Assembly (NCBI GenBank): GCA_040218735.1
Contig: JAVJQW010000049.1
Span: 192,001-256,000, forward strand
Reading direction: 5' to 3'
DNA length: 64,000 nt
Origin: Deltaproteobacteria bacterium
GTDB taxonomy: Bacteria > Myxococcota > Kuafuiibacteriia > Kuafuiibacteriales > Kuafuiibacteriaceae
Positions 10,679 through 22,507 of this stretch are shown piece by piece; the first letter of the stretch is position 1; each line of letters begins with the position of its first letter. Below the pieces are notes generated by a model. It worked only from the letters and a program-made list of their open reading frames with translations. It was not told where the DNA came from and did not search any database. The translations under genes were made by a program, and so were the position numbers.

Positions 10679-11683
10679 TCATTCCATCAGACAGCGCACC
10701 GCGTAAACACCGAACTGCGCGACCCAGTGCCCGTAGGCGTCATAGTCGTCCTTTTTCGCCTCGTGGACCCGCATCGCCGCGCGGACGTGGCGCGCGGCCG
10801 CGTCGAGGAGGCGGTCGTCCCCGAGCGCCTTACCCATCGCGCAGAGGCCCCAGGCGCGGGAGAAGCTCATGCCGAGGTGGTGGTCGCTCCGGGGACGGAC
10901 GACCGGTTCGAACGACGCACCCTTCGCGGAGCGCTCGAACCACGCTTTGAGCGCGTCGGGGTGCGTCGCGGCGACGAGGTTCCCCGCGTTGCCCCAGCGC
11001 GAGAAGAACTCGGCCCGGCGGTGGTCCTCCTTCGGGTCGAGCGGCGGCGCGTCGAGGTAGTGCGCCTTCACGAGCGCGCGTACGAGCTCGACGCCAGCCT
11101 CGTCGTCCGTCGCGAGGTACCACGCGTGAAGCTGCGTGAGCGCCCAGGCCGCGTTGTCGTACTCATAGGAGCGCGGGTCGGGGGCGCGCTTCGTGTAGAG
11201 CGCGCGCAGCGAGTCGGCGCAGACCGTCGCGAGGGGGCGTAGGTCGGGGCGTCCGGTCTGGGCGCGGTGGGTGAGGGCGAGGCGCAGGAACCAGGCGCGC
11301 CCGTAGGGGCGCTCGAAGTCGGGGTGTTCGACCAGGAACGCACGCTCGGCGTCGAGGCCGGCGCGGTCGAGCGAAGCGAGCACACGGTCGCGGACGTCGT
11401 CGTGCCCCAACGCTGCGGAGGTCTCGAGGAGTGCCCAATGCGCGTGCACGGAGGAGTGCCAGTCGATGCAGCAGTCGAAGACGGGGTGGTCGGTGTCGTC
11501 GCGCCTGAAGGCGTCGAGGATCGTGGCTTCGAGCTGCGCGAGGATCCGCGGCGCGTCGGCGCGGAGCTGGGCGATCGGCGTCTCAGGGCCCACGGCCTCC
11601 TTCGTCGTCGCCTCCCCGGGCTCGGGCGGGGTCGCCGCGGCGCAGGCCGCGACGAGGATGCTCACGAAGATGGCGCCCCTCAC
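10679..11683 (-). CDS. DUF2891 family protein, probably exported/lipoprotein
   Basis: HPVFDCCIDWHSSVHAHW, FERPYGRAWFL, HHLGMSFSRAWGL, YGHWVAQF. GTG at 11683 overlaps the upstream stop and begins a signal-like VRGAIFVSILVAAC. Confidence 0.75.
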   Translation of the reverse strand: MRGAIFVSILVAACAAATPPEPGEATTKEAVGPETPIAQLRADAPRILAQLEATILDAFRRDDTDHPVFDCCIDWHSSVHAHWALLETSAALGHDDVRDRVLASLDRAGLDAERAFLVEHPDFERPYGRAWFLRLALTHRAQTGRPDLRPLATVCADSLRALYTKRAPDPRSYEYDNAAWALTQLHAWYLATDDEAGVELVRALVKAHYLDAPPLDPKEDHRRAEFFSRWGNAGNLVAATHPDALKAWFERSAKGASFEPVVRPRSDHHLGMSFSRAWGLCAMGKALGDDRLLDAAARHVRAAMRVHEAKKDDYDAYGHWVAQFGVYAVRCLME

Positions 11684-13014
11684 GGCGACCCGGACATGTG
11701 CGCGCCCATCTTCGTGACGCGCCAGCGCGTCCCCTCGCGCACGAAGTCGAACGTGCGTTTGTCGACGCCGTTCGGCGCGCCGCGGCAGCGCTGAATCGCG
11801 CACTGGTAGTAGTACTCGACGTGCGCACGCGCCGCGCTGTCGCCGTTCGGCACGATGCGGATCTTCATCGTGCGTACGAGGTTGTACTCGCCGGCCCACT
11901 CGCTGCGGTAGTTGTAATACGACTTCGCGAGCTCGGTGACGTCGTCACGTGTGAGCGGCTTCGGCGCGATGCGCTCTCGGAGGTTCTTCGCGTCTTCGAC
12001 GTACGGGTGACCGGAAGGGTACTCGCGCAGGAACTTGTCGAGCGCGCGCTGTCGGCGGTCGAGGGAGGCGGATGCGTCGGTCGCGAACGCCCGGACGTTC
12101 TCCCACGCGGTCTCGATGCGCTTCATGCGCTTTCGATCCGCCCGCCCGTCGTCGCGCTCCACGCGCACGCGCGACTTCCCCCACGGGTACACGATCTCGC
12201 CGCGGATCTTGTCGAGCAGGCTCGACACCGCGCCCGCGACGCTGATGCCCGGCTCCAGCGGGTTCCAGCGTTCGACGGAGGAGTGCGAGAGGCACCCGCG
12301 CTGGGCGTCGAGCAAGTTGAGTTGCAAACGCAGTCGCCCGCCTCGCCCGGTCACGTAGACGTCCAGCAGGGAGTTGGGCGCGAGCGCCGAACCGACCTCG
12401 CAGCTCGAGCGTTCGTCGTAGCGCGACTTCAGCGACTCCTTCACCACCGCGTCGAGCGCGCGCCGCTCCGCCGCCGTCGCGACGACGTGGATCTTGCCGT
12501 GGTCACCGAGTTTCGATCGAACGAGCTGCTCGAGCGCGGGCGCACCGATGCGCGCGCCTCGGCTGACGTCCTTCACCTCGACCCGCGCGCGCGGCGTACG
12601 TTTCGTCCACGCTTGGATCGCGGACTCCGCCTGATCGACCGAGAGCTGCGCGCCGAGCATCTTCCCGTCCCAGGACCACAGGAACGCCTTGGGCATCGCT
12701 TCGACCTCGAACCGGCGCATGATCGAGCCGTCGTCGTCGCAGACCAGCGCATCGGGGTTCCAGCCGGGGTTCGTGGTGCCACACTTCGGGTCTTCGGACG
12801 CGACGACGATCAGCCGAAGCCCTTCGCGCTCGTAGCGCTCGTGGAGCGCGCGCCACTTCGGCACCGACGCCTGACACGGCTCGCACCACGACGCGTAGAA
12901 CTCGACCGCGACCATCCGAACGCCGGGGCGTGCGAGCCAGCCCTCGACGTCGACGCCGCCGGCGTACGCGGGGGTGGCGATCAGCGGCGCGAGGAGCGCG
13001 ATACGGCGGAACAT
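11680..13014 (-). CDS. Exported TlpA/thioredoxin-domain multidomain protein
   Basis: Signal peptide ending in AYA and VEFYASWCEPC active site. Downstream domains are unassigned. Confidence 0.75.
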   Translation of the reverse strand: MFRRIALLAPLIATPAYAGGVDVEGWLARPGVRMVAVEFYASWCEPCQASVPKWRALHERYEREGLRLIVVASEDPKCGTTNPGWNPDALVCDDDGSIMRRFEVEAMPKAFLWSWDGKMLGAQLSVDQAESAIQAWTKRTPRARVEVKDVSRGARIGAPALEQLVRSKLGDHGKIHVVATAAERRALDAVVKESLKSRYDERSSCEVGSALAPNSLLDVYVTGRGGRLRLQLNLLDAQRGCLSHSSVERWNPLEPGISVAGAVSSLLDKIRGEIVYPWGKSRVRVERDDGRADRKRMKRIETAWENVRAFATDASASLDRRQRALDKFLREYPSGHPYVEDAKNLRERIAPKPLTRDDVTELAKSYYNYRSEWAGEYNLVRTMKIRIVPNGDSAARAHVEYYYQCAIQRCRGAPNGVDKRTFDFVREGTRWRVTKMGAHMSGSP

Positions 13015-13075
13015 GTCGAAATGTTAACAGCGGCTCCCAGGCGCGCGAAGGCGTTGACGACCGAGCGTCGCTCGG

Positions 13076-13921
13076 TTGATTCATCCCGACGTGGCCCCCG
13101 TTGCCCTGGTGTTCGCGGCGCTCGTCACCGCCCAAGCTCCCGCGCTGAACAAACCCCTCGCGGATCGCGAGGTCGCGGTCCCGTCGCAGTATTCCGACAT
13201 CCGTATCCGCGACGAGGGACCGTTCCGTTCGATGTACTTCGCGCGTCCGGACGGCTCGATGGCGCTGGAGTCGCGCGTGCACAAGAAGGAGCCGAGCCAG
13301 CTCGTCGTCCCCTACACCAAGGCGATGTTCGCGAGTCACCTCTACGCGCCCAAACCGAAGCGCGCGCTGCTCGTCGGGCTCGGCGGCGGGTCGATGGTGC
13401 ACTTCGTCCGTGTGTTCGACCCGAACCTCCTCGTTACGGCCGTCGACATCGATCCGGCGGTCGTTCAGTCGGCCGCCAAGTACTTCGGGGTGACGCCGTC
13501 CGAGAACATCGAGATCGTCACCGCGGACGCGTTCGACGTCCTCGCGAAGAAGGCGCCGAAGTTCGACATCATCTGGATGGACGCCTTCCTGCAGCCGTCG
13601 GAGGACACCGACGAAAACGGCGTCCCGCTCAACATCAAGACCCTCGCGTTCTGGCGGCAGGTGAAGAAGCGACTCACGAAGCAGGGCGTGCTCGTGGTGA
13701 ACGTGAACACCGGGCCCTCGACCCAGCGCGACCTCGCGACGATGAAGGAGGCGTTCGGCGCGTTGTTCAGCGTCGCGCCGCGCGGCTCGGGGAACCTCAT
13801 CGTGATGGCGCCGATCCAAACGCCGGACGCCAAGACCCTCGCGTCGCGCGCCAAGAAGCTCGACGCACGCGCCTCCCAGATCGGCTTCGCGGATCTCGCG
13901 CGGCGCGCGAAGGCGCTCTAG
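13076..13921 (+). CDS. Spermidine synthase-like methyltransferase-fold protein with N-terminal hydrophobic segment (start may be GTG 13091)
   Basis: LVVPYTKAM, LVGLGGGS, VDIDPAVV, TADA, FDIIWMDAF, GVLVVN. Confidence 0.75.
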   Translation: MIHPDVAPVALVFAALVTAQAPALNKPLADREVAVPSQYSDIRIRDEGPFRSMYFARPDGSMALESRVHKKEPSQLVVPYTKAMFASHLYAPKPKRALLVGLGGGSMVHFVRVFDPNLLVTAVDIDPAVVQSAAKYFGVTPSENIEIVTADAFDVLAKKAPKFDIIWMDAFLQPSEDTDENGVPLNIKTLAFWRQVKKRLTKQGVLVVNVNTGPSTQRDLATMKEAFGALFSVAPRGSGNLIVMAPIQTPDAKTLASRAKKLDARASQIGFADLARRAKAL

Positions 13922-13929
13922 TCACCTGA

Positions 13930-14973
13930 CTAGCGATCGACGACGACCCGGTCGCGGCCGTTGCGCTTCGCGCGGTAGAGCATCGCGTCGGCGCGCGCGA
14001 GGAGGGCCTTCGTCGACTCTCCGCGGCGGACCTGCGCGACGCCCGCGGAGCACGTGACCTCGACCATCGTGCCGTCGCAGTCGACCGGGGTCGAGCGGAT
14101 CGCGTCGAGGAGTCGCTCGGTCATCTTGAGCGCGTCGTCGAGGTTGGCGTCGCGGAGGATGACGACGAACTCCTCGCCGCCGTAGCGCGCGACGTAGTCC
14201 GACTTGCGCGGGTAGGCGCGCACGAGCTCGTCGGCGGTGTTGCGGATGACGATGTCGCCGGCGGGGTGTCCGTAGGTGTCGTTGACCTGTTTGAAGTGGT
14301 CGATGTCGACCATCACCACGGACAGCGGCTGGTTCGTGAGCGGGATGAGGCGGCTGATGCGGTCGAAGTCCTGGTCGAACGCGGAGCGGTTGTAGAGGCC
14401 CGTGAGGCTGTCGGTCGCGCTCTTCTTCTTCGCCTTGACGAGATCGGCCTGCAGCACTTCGACGTGCTCGCCCATCTGCACCATCCGACGCTCCGCGCGT
14501 TGCCGTGAGCGCTCGAGCTCCTTGCTGAGGTCCTCGACGGTGGAGCGGACGCGGTTCTGGAGCTGAGTGAGGTCGTCGGTGTCGACGGCGTTGGCGAGCT
14601 CCGACAGGCGGGTGAGGAGTCGGTCCGCCGTCTCGACGTCCTCACCGACCGCTTCGGACAGGCTGGCGAGCGCCTCCATCAGCGCACCCTTCAGCTCCTT
14701 GAGGGCCTTCGGGACGTACTTCTTCTCGGCCTGGCGTCGCCGCAGGATGACGAGCTTGAGCTCTTCGACCGCGCCGTCCTCGTCGGGGCGCACGACGCGC
14801 TTCGCCCAGTCCTCCATGCGACGCTCGAGCTTCTCGGCGGTCTCGTTGGGCAGATCGAATGCGTGCCGTCCGAAGCCCCGCGCGAGATCCGCGATGGCGT
14901 CGAGTGTGGAGCTGGTCGCCGCAGGCGCAGCCTCGACGGGAGAGGGACGGGTCTTGCGCGAAAAGAGGCCCAC
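13930..14973 (-). CDS. Diguanylate cyclase (coiled coil + GGDEF)
   Basis: DSLTGLYNR, DIDHFKQVNDTYGHPAGD, RKSD I-site, RYGGEEF. Confidence 0.93.
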   Translation of the reverse strand: MGLFSRKTRPSPVEAAPAATSSTLDAIADLARGFGRHAFDLPNETAEKLERRMEDWAKRVVRPDEDGAVEELKLVILRRRQAEKKYVPKALKELKGALMEALASLSEAVGEDVETADRLLTRLSELANAVDTDDLTQLQNRVRSTVEDLSKELERSRQRAERRMVQMGEHVEVLQADLVKAKKKSATDSLTGLYNRSAFDQDFDRISRLIPLTNQPLSVVMVDIDHFKQVNDTYGHPAGDIVIRNTADELVRAYPRKSDYVARYGGEEFVVILRDANLDDALKMTERLLDAIRSTPVDCDGTMVEVTCSAGVAQVRRGESTKALLARADAMLYRAKRNGRDRVVVDR

Positions 14974-15017
14974 GCCCCAGACATCGGCGGCGGGCGACGG
15001 GGCGTGAAGCCGGCGTC

Positions 15018-16744
<1,727 letters not shown>

Positions 16745-16745
<1 letters not shown>

Positions 16746-16981
16746 CAGTCCTCCGCCACGCCGTGTTTGGCGTCGAGGCGGTTCATCAGCCGCACGTAGA
16801 CGAAGATCAGGACGACGAAGACGTAGATGCTGCCCTGCTGCGCGAACCAGAACCCGAGCGGGAAGCCGAACAGCACGATGCGGTCGAGCGCCTCACGGAA
16901 GAGGATCCCCGCGCCGTAGGAGACGGCGAACCAGATCGACAGCAGGATCAGCAGGTAGCGGACGTTCGTTCGCCAGTACAC
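16745..16981 (-). CDS. DUF4212 small membrane subunit of the SSS transporter
   Basis: YWRTNVRYLLILLSIWF...GFPLGFWFAQQGSIYVF. Coupled to the symporter. Start placed at GTG 16981; the longer track ORF overlaps pyrD. Confidence 0.8.
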
Positions 16982-17029
16982 CCGATCGTGCGTACCAGGT
17001 CCCGCGTCCGCGTGGTATGGCGTGCCCCC

Positions 17030-18124
17030 GTGGACCCGCTGTACGCGTTGGCGCGCCCGCTGTTGTTCTCGCTCGACGCGGAGACCGCGCACAGCACGAC
17101 CCTCGCGGGCGCTTCCTTCGTCGCACGATCCCCCGCGCTGACGCGGGTCGCCGAGGCGACGTACGGTTTCGATGCGCCGGTGTCGTTGGCGACCCATGCG
17201 TTAGGTCTCGACTTTCGACACCCCATCGGTCTCGCCGCGGGGCTCGACAAGAACGGCGAGGCGATCGACCTGTGGGCGGCGATCGGGTTCGCGTTCGTGG
17301 AGGTCGGCACCGTGACGCCCGGCGACGGGCAGCCGGGGAACGACAAACCGCGCCTGTATCGCGCGCGCGAAGATCGCGCGCTCGTGAACCGGATGGGGTT
17401 CAACAACCACGGCTCTGCGGCGCTCGCGAAGAAGCTCGTCGCGCGGCGCACGCGGGTGCCGGTCGGCGCGAACCTCGGCAAGGCGAAGGTCACGCCGCTC
17501 GAGCAGGCGGCGGACGACTACGAGGCGACACTGCGCGACGTGTGGCTCGGCGCCGACTACATCGTGGTGAACGTATCGAGCCCGAACACGCCTGGGCTGC
17601 GCGACCTGCAGGCGGTGACCGCGCTGGAGCCGCTGCTGACGCGCGTGGTTCGCGTGAACCGTGAGCTCGCCGACGAACACGGGGAGCTTCCCCGACCCAT
17701 TCTCCTCAAGGTCGCACCGGATCTGGCCGAAGCAGACATCGATGCGGTCGCTCAGCTCGCAGTCGGTGTGGAGGTGGACGGCATCATCGCCACCAACACC
17801 ACGAACCGGCACGCGCTGCTGTCGAACCCGCCGCCGATCGGAGGTGGCGTCAGCGGTGCGCCGCTCGGACCGCGCGCGCTCGAGGTGTGTCGCCACCTGT
17901 TCCGGCGGCTCGACGGGCGGCTCCCGATCGTCGGGGTGGGGGGCCTGATGACCGGCGAAGACGTGGCGGCGCGGATCGCGGCGGGGGCAACACTCGTTCA
18001 GGTCTATTCGGCGTTGATTTACGAAGGACCGGGATTGGTGTCATCAATGGTGCACGGGTTGGTGAACCGCATGAAAGATCTGGGCGTGGATTCGGTGTCG
18101 GATCTGGTGGGCCGAGACGCGTAA
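17030..18124 (+). CDS. pyrD: Quinone-dependent dihydroorotate dehydrogenase (class 2)
   Basis: PLLFSLDAETAH, GLAAGLDKN, NRMGFNN, NVSSPNTPGLR, TNTT, GGVSG. Start GTG at 17030. Confidence 0.95.
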   Translation: MDPLYALARPLLFSLDAETAHSTTLAGASFVARSPALTRVAEATYGFDAPVSLATHALGLDFRHPIGLAAGLDKNGEAIDLWAAIGFAFVEVGTVTPGDGQPGNDKPRLYRAREDRALVNRMGFNNHGSAALAKKLVARRTRVPVGANLGKAKVTPLEQAADDYEATLRDVWLGADYIVVNVSSPNTPGLRDLQAVTALEPLLTRVVRVNRELADEHGELPRPILLKVAPDLAEADIDAVAQLAVGVEVDGIIATNTTNRHALLSNPPPIGGGVSGAPLGPRALEVCRHLFRRLDGRLPIVGVGGLMTGEDVAARIAAGATLVQVYSALIYEGPGLVSSMVHGLVNRMKDLGVDSVSDLVGRDA

Positions 18125-18157
18125 ATGCGGACACCGTAGGTTCAGGAGTAGGCGCGC

Positions 18158-18835
18158 GTGCAATTCAACACGAAGGACAAAGAGCTCACGCTCAAGATCG
18201 TCTACTACGGCCCGGCGCTCTCCGGGAAGACGACGAACATCCAGGCGTTGCACGCGATGCTCGACCCCGCGGCGCGCGGTCGGCTGATGACCCTCGACAC
18301 CAAGGGCGACCGCACCCTGTTCTTCGATCTCCTCCCCGTCCACTTCTCCACGCGCTCGGGTTTCAAGGTGAAGATCAAGCTCTTCACGGTCCCCGGCCAG
18401 GTGATGCACGAGTCGACGCGCCGCATCGTCCTCGCGTCCACCGACACCGTGTGTTTCATCGCCGACGGCCAGCGCTCGCAGCGCGCCGCGAACAACGAGG
18501 CGTACGCGGGGATGCTGAGGAACCTCAAGTCGCAGGGGCTCGATCCCGGCGAGGTCCCGATCGTCATCCAATTCAACAAGATGGACCTCGGGGACGTCCT
18601 CACGGACGAGGAGCTCGCCGACTACGAGCGCCGCGGGTCGGAGCCGGTGTTCAAGGCGTCGGCGATCCGCGGAGAGGGCGTCGTGGAGACGCTCAAGGGC
18701 GGCATGTCGCTGCTGTGGCAACGCCTCGACGAAGTCCACGACCTCGCGCGCAAGCTCCAGATCACGCGCGAGGAGTTCATGAACGGCATCTTCCACTCCC
18801 TGCGTGACGACAAGCGCCTGGAGGCGCAGCCGTGA
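18158..18835 (+). CDS. MglA-family small GTPase (paralog, no adjacent mglB)
   Basis: KIVYYGPALSGKTTN, DRTLFFDLLP, FTVPGQV, QFNKMD, ASA.GEGV. AGGAG RBS upstream. Confidence 0.88.
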   Translation: MQFNTKDKELTLKIVYYGPALSGKTTNIQALHAMLDPAARGRLMTLDTKGDRTLFFDLLPVHFSTRSGFKVKIKLFTVPGQVMHESTRRIVLASTDTVCFIADGQRSQRAANNEAYAGMLRNLKSQGLDPGEVPIVIQFNKMDLGDVLTDEELADYERRGSEPVFKASAIRGEGVVETLKGGMSLLWQRLDEVHDLARKLQITREEFMNGIFHSLRDDKRLEAQP

Positions 18836-20337
18836 CGAGCGGCTCCATGGGTGGTCATCCTTCGCTGCCGGTCATGACGGATGACCTGGTCGCGGAGGGG
18901 ACGCCGGTCGACGGGCCGACGGCGCCGAGTGTCCTCGACCGCCAGATCCACCTCGGGGAGCTGCTCGACGTCACCGCGTTCCGCGACGTCTGCGCGAGCT
19001 TCGTCGACCTCTACAAGATCGGCCTCAAGATCTTCGAGAAGGACGGCACCAAGCTCGTCGACATCCGCGTCGGCAACGGCGACTGGTGCGGTTACATCTT
19101 CAGCGACCCGAAGGGCCGCTCGCAGTGCACCGGTCTGGTCACGCGCATCAAACAGTTCGACTACCCCGAGCTGGGGACGGGGGAGGTCGTCGAGCAGACC
19201 TGCTTCTCCGGGCTGAAGTACGTGATCATGCCGATCACCTACGGCGGGGACCTGCTGGGGCGCGTGATCTACGGGCCCTTCATGCCGGCGGACCTCGCGC
19301 GCCCCGGCGACGACGTCTACCAGTACGGCGAGGACTTCGATCCCAACCGTCTGTGGTCGTACGGCGAGAAGATTCGCCGCGCCCCGGACGAGATGATCAT
19401 GAAGATCCTCACCAACTTCCGACGCGTGGTCGACACGGTGACCTTCATCGCGATGAAGGCGCACATGACGCAGCAGCTGCACCTGGAGTCGGTGACCGCG
19501 AGTTACAACGAGCTCGCGAACGCGAACAAACGGCTGCGCCGATCCTTCGAGAAGCTGAAGGAGCTCGACAAGCTCAAGTCGAACTTCCTCGCGATGATCA
19601 GCCACGAGCTGCGCACGCCGCTCACGAGTGTCATCGGGTACTCGGAGATGTTGATCGAAGGCCTCGCGGGGCCGATGCCCGACGAGCAGTCGCAGTACGT
19701 CCAGACGATCAAGGAGAAGGGCGTTGCGCTCTTGGATCTGATCGGGTCGCTCCTCGACATGTCGAAGATCGAGGCGGGCGCGATGCAGCTGAAGGTCGCG
19801 GACGTCGAGCCGGTGACGCTGCTGGAGGGGGCGAAGAGCTACGTCGTCCCGCAGGCGCAGAAGAAGCGCATCACGCTCGCGATCGACGTCGCGCCGGACG
19901 TCCCCGTCTTCAAGGGCGATCCCGACAAGCTGCGCCAGTGTTTGATCAACCTGGTGGGCAACGCGACGAAGTTCACGCCGGAGGGGGGCACGATCACCCT
20001 CGCGGCGGCGATGTGGACGGGGACGCGCAAGAACGCGCCGGACGCCGGCCGGTTCGGGCCGCCCGAGGAGACCTTCGTGCGGCTGGAGGTGCGGGACACC
20101 GGGATCGGGATCCCCGCCGACAAGCTGGAGCAGGTCTTCAGCAGCTTCTACCAGGTCGACAACTCGATCACCCGCGAGTACGGCGGTACGGGTCTGGGGC
20201 TGGCGATCGTCAAGCGCTTCGTGGAGGCCCACAAGGGTGAAGTGCGGGTCACGAGCGCAGAAGGGCAGGGCACGACCTTTGCGCTGCTCATCCCCGCGGA
20301 CGCGAACCTCGGCGAGAGCGTCGACATCGTCATGTGA
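18832..20337 (+). CDS. PocR-sensor histidine kinase
   Basis: N-terminal PocR-like Cys pattern (WCGYI...QC...TCFSGL), H-box [31 protein letters not shown]. Confidence 0.85.
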   Translation: MTSGSMGGHPSLPVMTDDLVAEGTPVDGPTAPSVLDRQIHLGELLDVTAFRDVCASFVDLYKIGLKIFEKDGTKLVDIRVGNGDWCGYIFSDPKGRSQCTGLVTRIKQFDYPELGTGEVVEQTCFSGLKYVIMPITYGGDLLGRVIYGPFMPADLARPGDDVYQYGEDFDPNRLWSYGEKIRRAPDEMIMKILTNFRRVVDTVTFIAMKAHMTQQLHLESVTASYNELANANKRLRRSFEKLKELDKLKSNFLAMISHELRTPLTSVIGYSEMLIEGLAGPMPDEQSQYVQTIKEKGVALLDLIGSLLDMSKIEAGAMQLKVADVEPVTLLEGAKSYVVPQAQKKRITLAIDVAPDVPVFKGDPDKLRQCLINLVGNATKFTPEGGTITLAAAMWTGTRKNAPDAGRFGPPEETFVRLEVRDTGIGIPADKLEQVFSSFYQVDNSITREYGGTGLGLAIVKRFVEAHKGEVRVTSAEGQGTTFALLIPADANLGESVDIVM

Positions 20338-20360
20338 CACGGGGCGGGGGTTCATTCCCC

Positions 20361-20389
20361 TTGCCGGCTCCACCCTCCTTGGCTAGCGT
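20361..20389 (+). promoter_or_regulatory. Putative sigma70-type promoter of the pyrH operon
   Basis: TTGCCG-17 bp-TAGCGT, ending 10 nt before the pyrH ATG. Confidence 0.45.
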
Positions 20390-20399
20390 CCCGGCCCCG

Positions 20400-21155
20400 A
20401 TGGGTTCGGCGGTCGGTGGCCTCGCGTACAAACGCGTCCTTCTGAAGCTCTCGGGCGAAGCGCTCCAGGGTGACGGCAAGACGATCAGCCCGTCGATCAT
20501 CGGGCGCCTCTCCGACGAAGTCGCGGAGGTGCACCGCGCCGGCGTCGAGATGGCGCTGGTGATCGGCGGCGGCAACATCTTCCGCGGCGTGTCGGCGGCC
20601 ATCTCCGGGATGGACCGCGCGACGGCGGACTACATGGGGATGCTCGCGACGAGCATCAACGCGCTGGCGCTCCAGGACGCGATGGAGAAGCGCGGGCTCG
20701 AGACGCGCGTGATGAGCGCGATCAAGATGGAGCAGATCGCGGAGCCGTACATCCGGCGGCGCGCGGTGCGGCACCTCGAGCAGGGCCGCGTCGTCATCTT
20801 CGCGGCCGGCACCGGCAACCCGTACTTCACGACGGACACCGCGGCGTCGCTGCGCGCGATGGAGATCAACGCGGAGGCGATCCTCAAGGGGACGAAGGTC
20901 GACGGCGTCTACGACAAGGACCCGAAGGTCCACGACGACGCCAAGCGCTTCCGCACCGTGAGCTACCTCGACGCGTTGAACCGCGGGCTCAAGGTGATGG
21001 ACGCGACGGCCATCTCCCTGTGCATGGACAACAAACTCCCGATCATCGTGTTCTCGGTCGAAGAGCCCGGGACGTTCAAGAAGCTCGTCCAGGGCGAGAC
21101 GGTCGGGACCCTGGTCAGCGAGAAGGACAGCGAGCTGTTCGAGGGCATGCTCTAG
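20400..21155 (+). CDS. pyrH: UMP kinase
   Basis: [42 protein letters not shown] at 20400. Confidence 0.97.
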   Translation: MGSAVGGLAYKRVLLKLSGEALQGDGKTISPSIIGRLSDEVAEVHRAGVEMALVIGGGNIFRGVSAAISGMDRATADYMGMLATSINALALQDAMEKRGLETRVMSAIKMEQIAEPYIRRRAVRHLEQGRVVIFAAGTGNPYFTTDTAASLRAMEINAEAILKGTKVDGVYDKDPKVHDDAKRFRTVSYLDALNRGLKVMDATAISLCMDNKLPIIVFSVEEPGTFKKLVQGETVGTLVSEKDSELFEGML

Positions 21156-21200
21156 GCGGCTTCGACGGCTTCGACGAACAACGGAAGGGATGACGTAGGG

Positions 21201-21761
21201 ATGAAAGACGACGTAATCAACGAGCTGAAGTCCAAGGGTGACGACGCCATCGAGGCGCTCCGCGGCGCGCTCGCGCGGATCCGCACGGGGCGCGCGAACC
21301 TGTCGATCCTCGACAACATCCGGGTCGAGTACTACGGCGCGAAGTCTCCGCTGAACCAGGTCGCGACGCTGACGGTCGCGGACCCGCGGCTCATCACGAT
21401 CAAGCCGTTCGACAAGTCGCTGACCTCGGAGATCGAGAAGGTGCTGCGCTCGACCTCGGACCTCGGCATCTCGCCGCAGAACGACGGGGAGAAGATCCTG
21501 CTGCCGATCCCGCCGCTGACCGAGGAGCGCCGCAAGGAGTTCACGAAGATCGCGAAGTCGAAGGGCGAGGACGCGAAGATCTCGGTGCGCAACGCGCGTC
21601 GCGACGCGAACGAGATGCTCAAGGGCCTCGAGAAGGACGGCGACCTCCCCGAGGACGACTCGAAGAAGGCGCAGTCCGAGGTCCAGAAGATCACCGACGA
21701 CTTCGTGGCGAAGGTCGACGAGATCGTCGGCAAGAAGGAAAAGGAGATCATGGAAGTCTGA
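21201..21761 (+). CDS. frr: Ribosome recycling factor
   Basis: IRTGRAN, PPLTEERRKE, VRNARRDAN, KEKEIMEV. Confidence 0.97.
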   Translation: MKDDVINELKSKGDDAIEALRGALARIRTGRANLSILDNIRVEYYGAKSPLNQVATLTVADPRLITIKPFDKSLTSEIEKVLRSTSDLGISPQNDGEKILLPIPPLTEERRKEFTKIAKSKGEDAKISVRNARRDANEMLKGLEKDGDLPEDDSKKAQSEVQKITDDFVAKVDEIVGKKEKEIMEV

Positions 21762-22507
21762 TGCCGGACGTCTTGGCACCGGGTCCTCTGCCCCGGCACA
21801 TCGCCATCATCATGGATGGCAACGGCCGCTGGGCGGAGGCGCGCGGGCGCCCTCGCTGGGAGGGGCACGCCTACGGTGCGAAGTCCGTGCGTGAGATCGT
21901 CACGGCGGCTCGCGAGAACGGCATCGAGGCGCTGACGCTGTACGCGTTCTCGGTGCAGAACTGGGCCCGCCCCGACGTCGAGGTGGAGCGCCTGATGACG
22001 CTCTTGCTCGACTACCTCGTCGACGAGCAGTCGACGATCATGGACAACGACATCCGGCTGCAGGGCATCGGCGAGACCGACCGTCTCCCGGCCCACGTGA
22101 AGAAGCAGCTCGACTACCTGTCGAACCTCTCCAAGGACAACACCTCCATGGTCCTCACGCTGGCGCTGTCGTACGGCGGTCGCGAGGAGCTCACGGAGGC
22201 GGTGCGGGCACTCGCGACCGACGTCGCCGAGGGGCGCCTCGCGGCGGAGGACGTGACGGAGGAGGCGATCGAGTCGCGTCTGTTCACGGCGGGGCTCCCG
22301 GAGCTCGACCTCATCATTCGAACGAGCGGGGAGATGCGCCTGTCGAACTTCCTGCTTTGGCAGTGCGCCTACGCGGAGATCGTCGTGACGGACGTGCTGT
22401 GGCCGGACTTCACGAAGGCGGAGTTCTTCGACTGCATCGAGCAGTACCGCGGGCGCCAGCGGCGCTACGGTAAGACCGGCGCCCAGATCGACGGTGCCGC
22501 TTGCTGA
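21761..22507 (+). CDS. uppS: Undecaprenyl diphosphate synthase
   Basis: HIAIIMDGNGRWA, YAFSVQNW, SYGGR, IRTSGEMRLSNFLLWQ. Confidence 0.96.
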   Translation: MPDVLAPGPLPRHIAIIMDGNGRWAEARGRPRWEGHAYGAKSVREIVTAARENGIEALTLYAFSVQNWARPDVEVERLMTLLLDYLVDEQSTIMDNDIRLQGIGETDRLPAHVKKQLDYLSNLSKDNTSMVLTLALSYGGREELTEAVRALATDVAEGRLAAEDVTEEAIESRLFTAGLPELDLIIRTSGEMRLSNFLLWQCAYAEIVVTDVLWPDFTKAEFFDCIEQYRGRQRRYGKTGAQIDGAAC

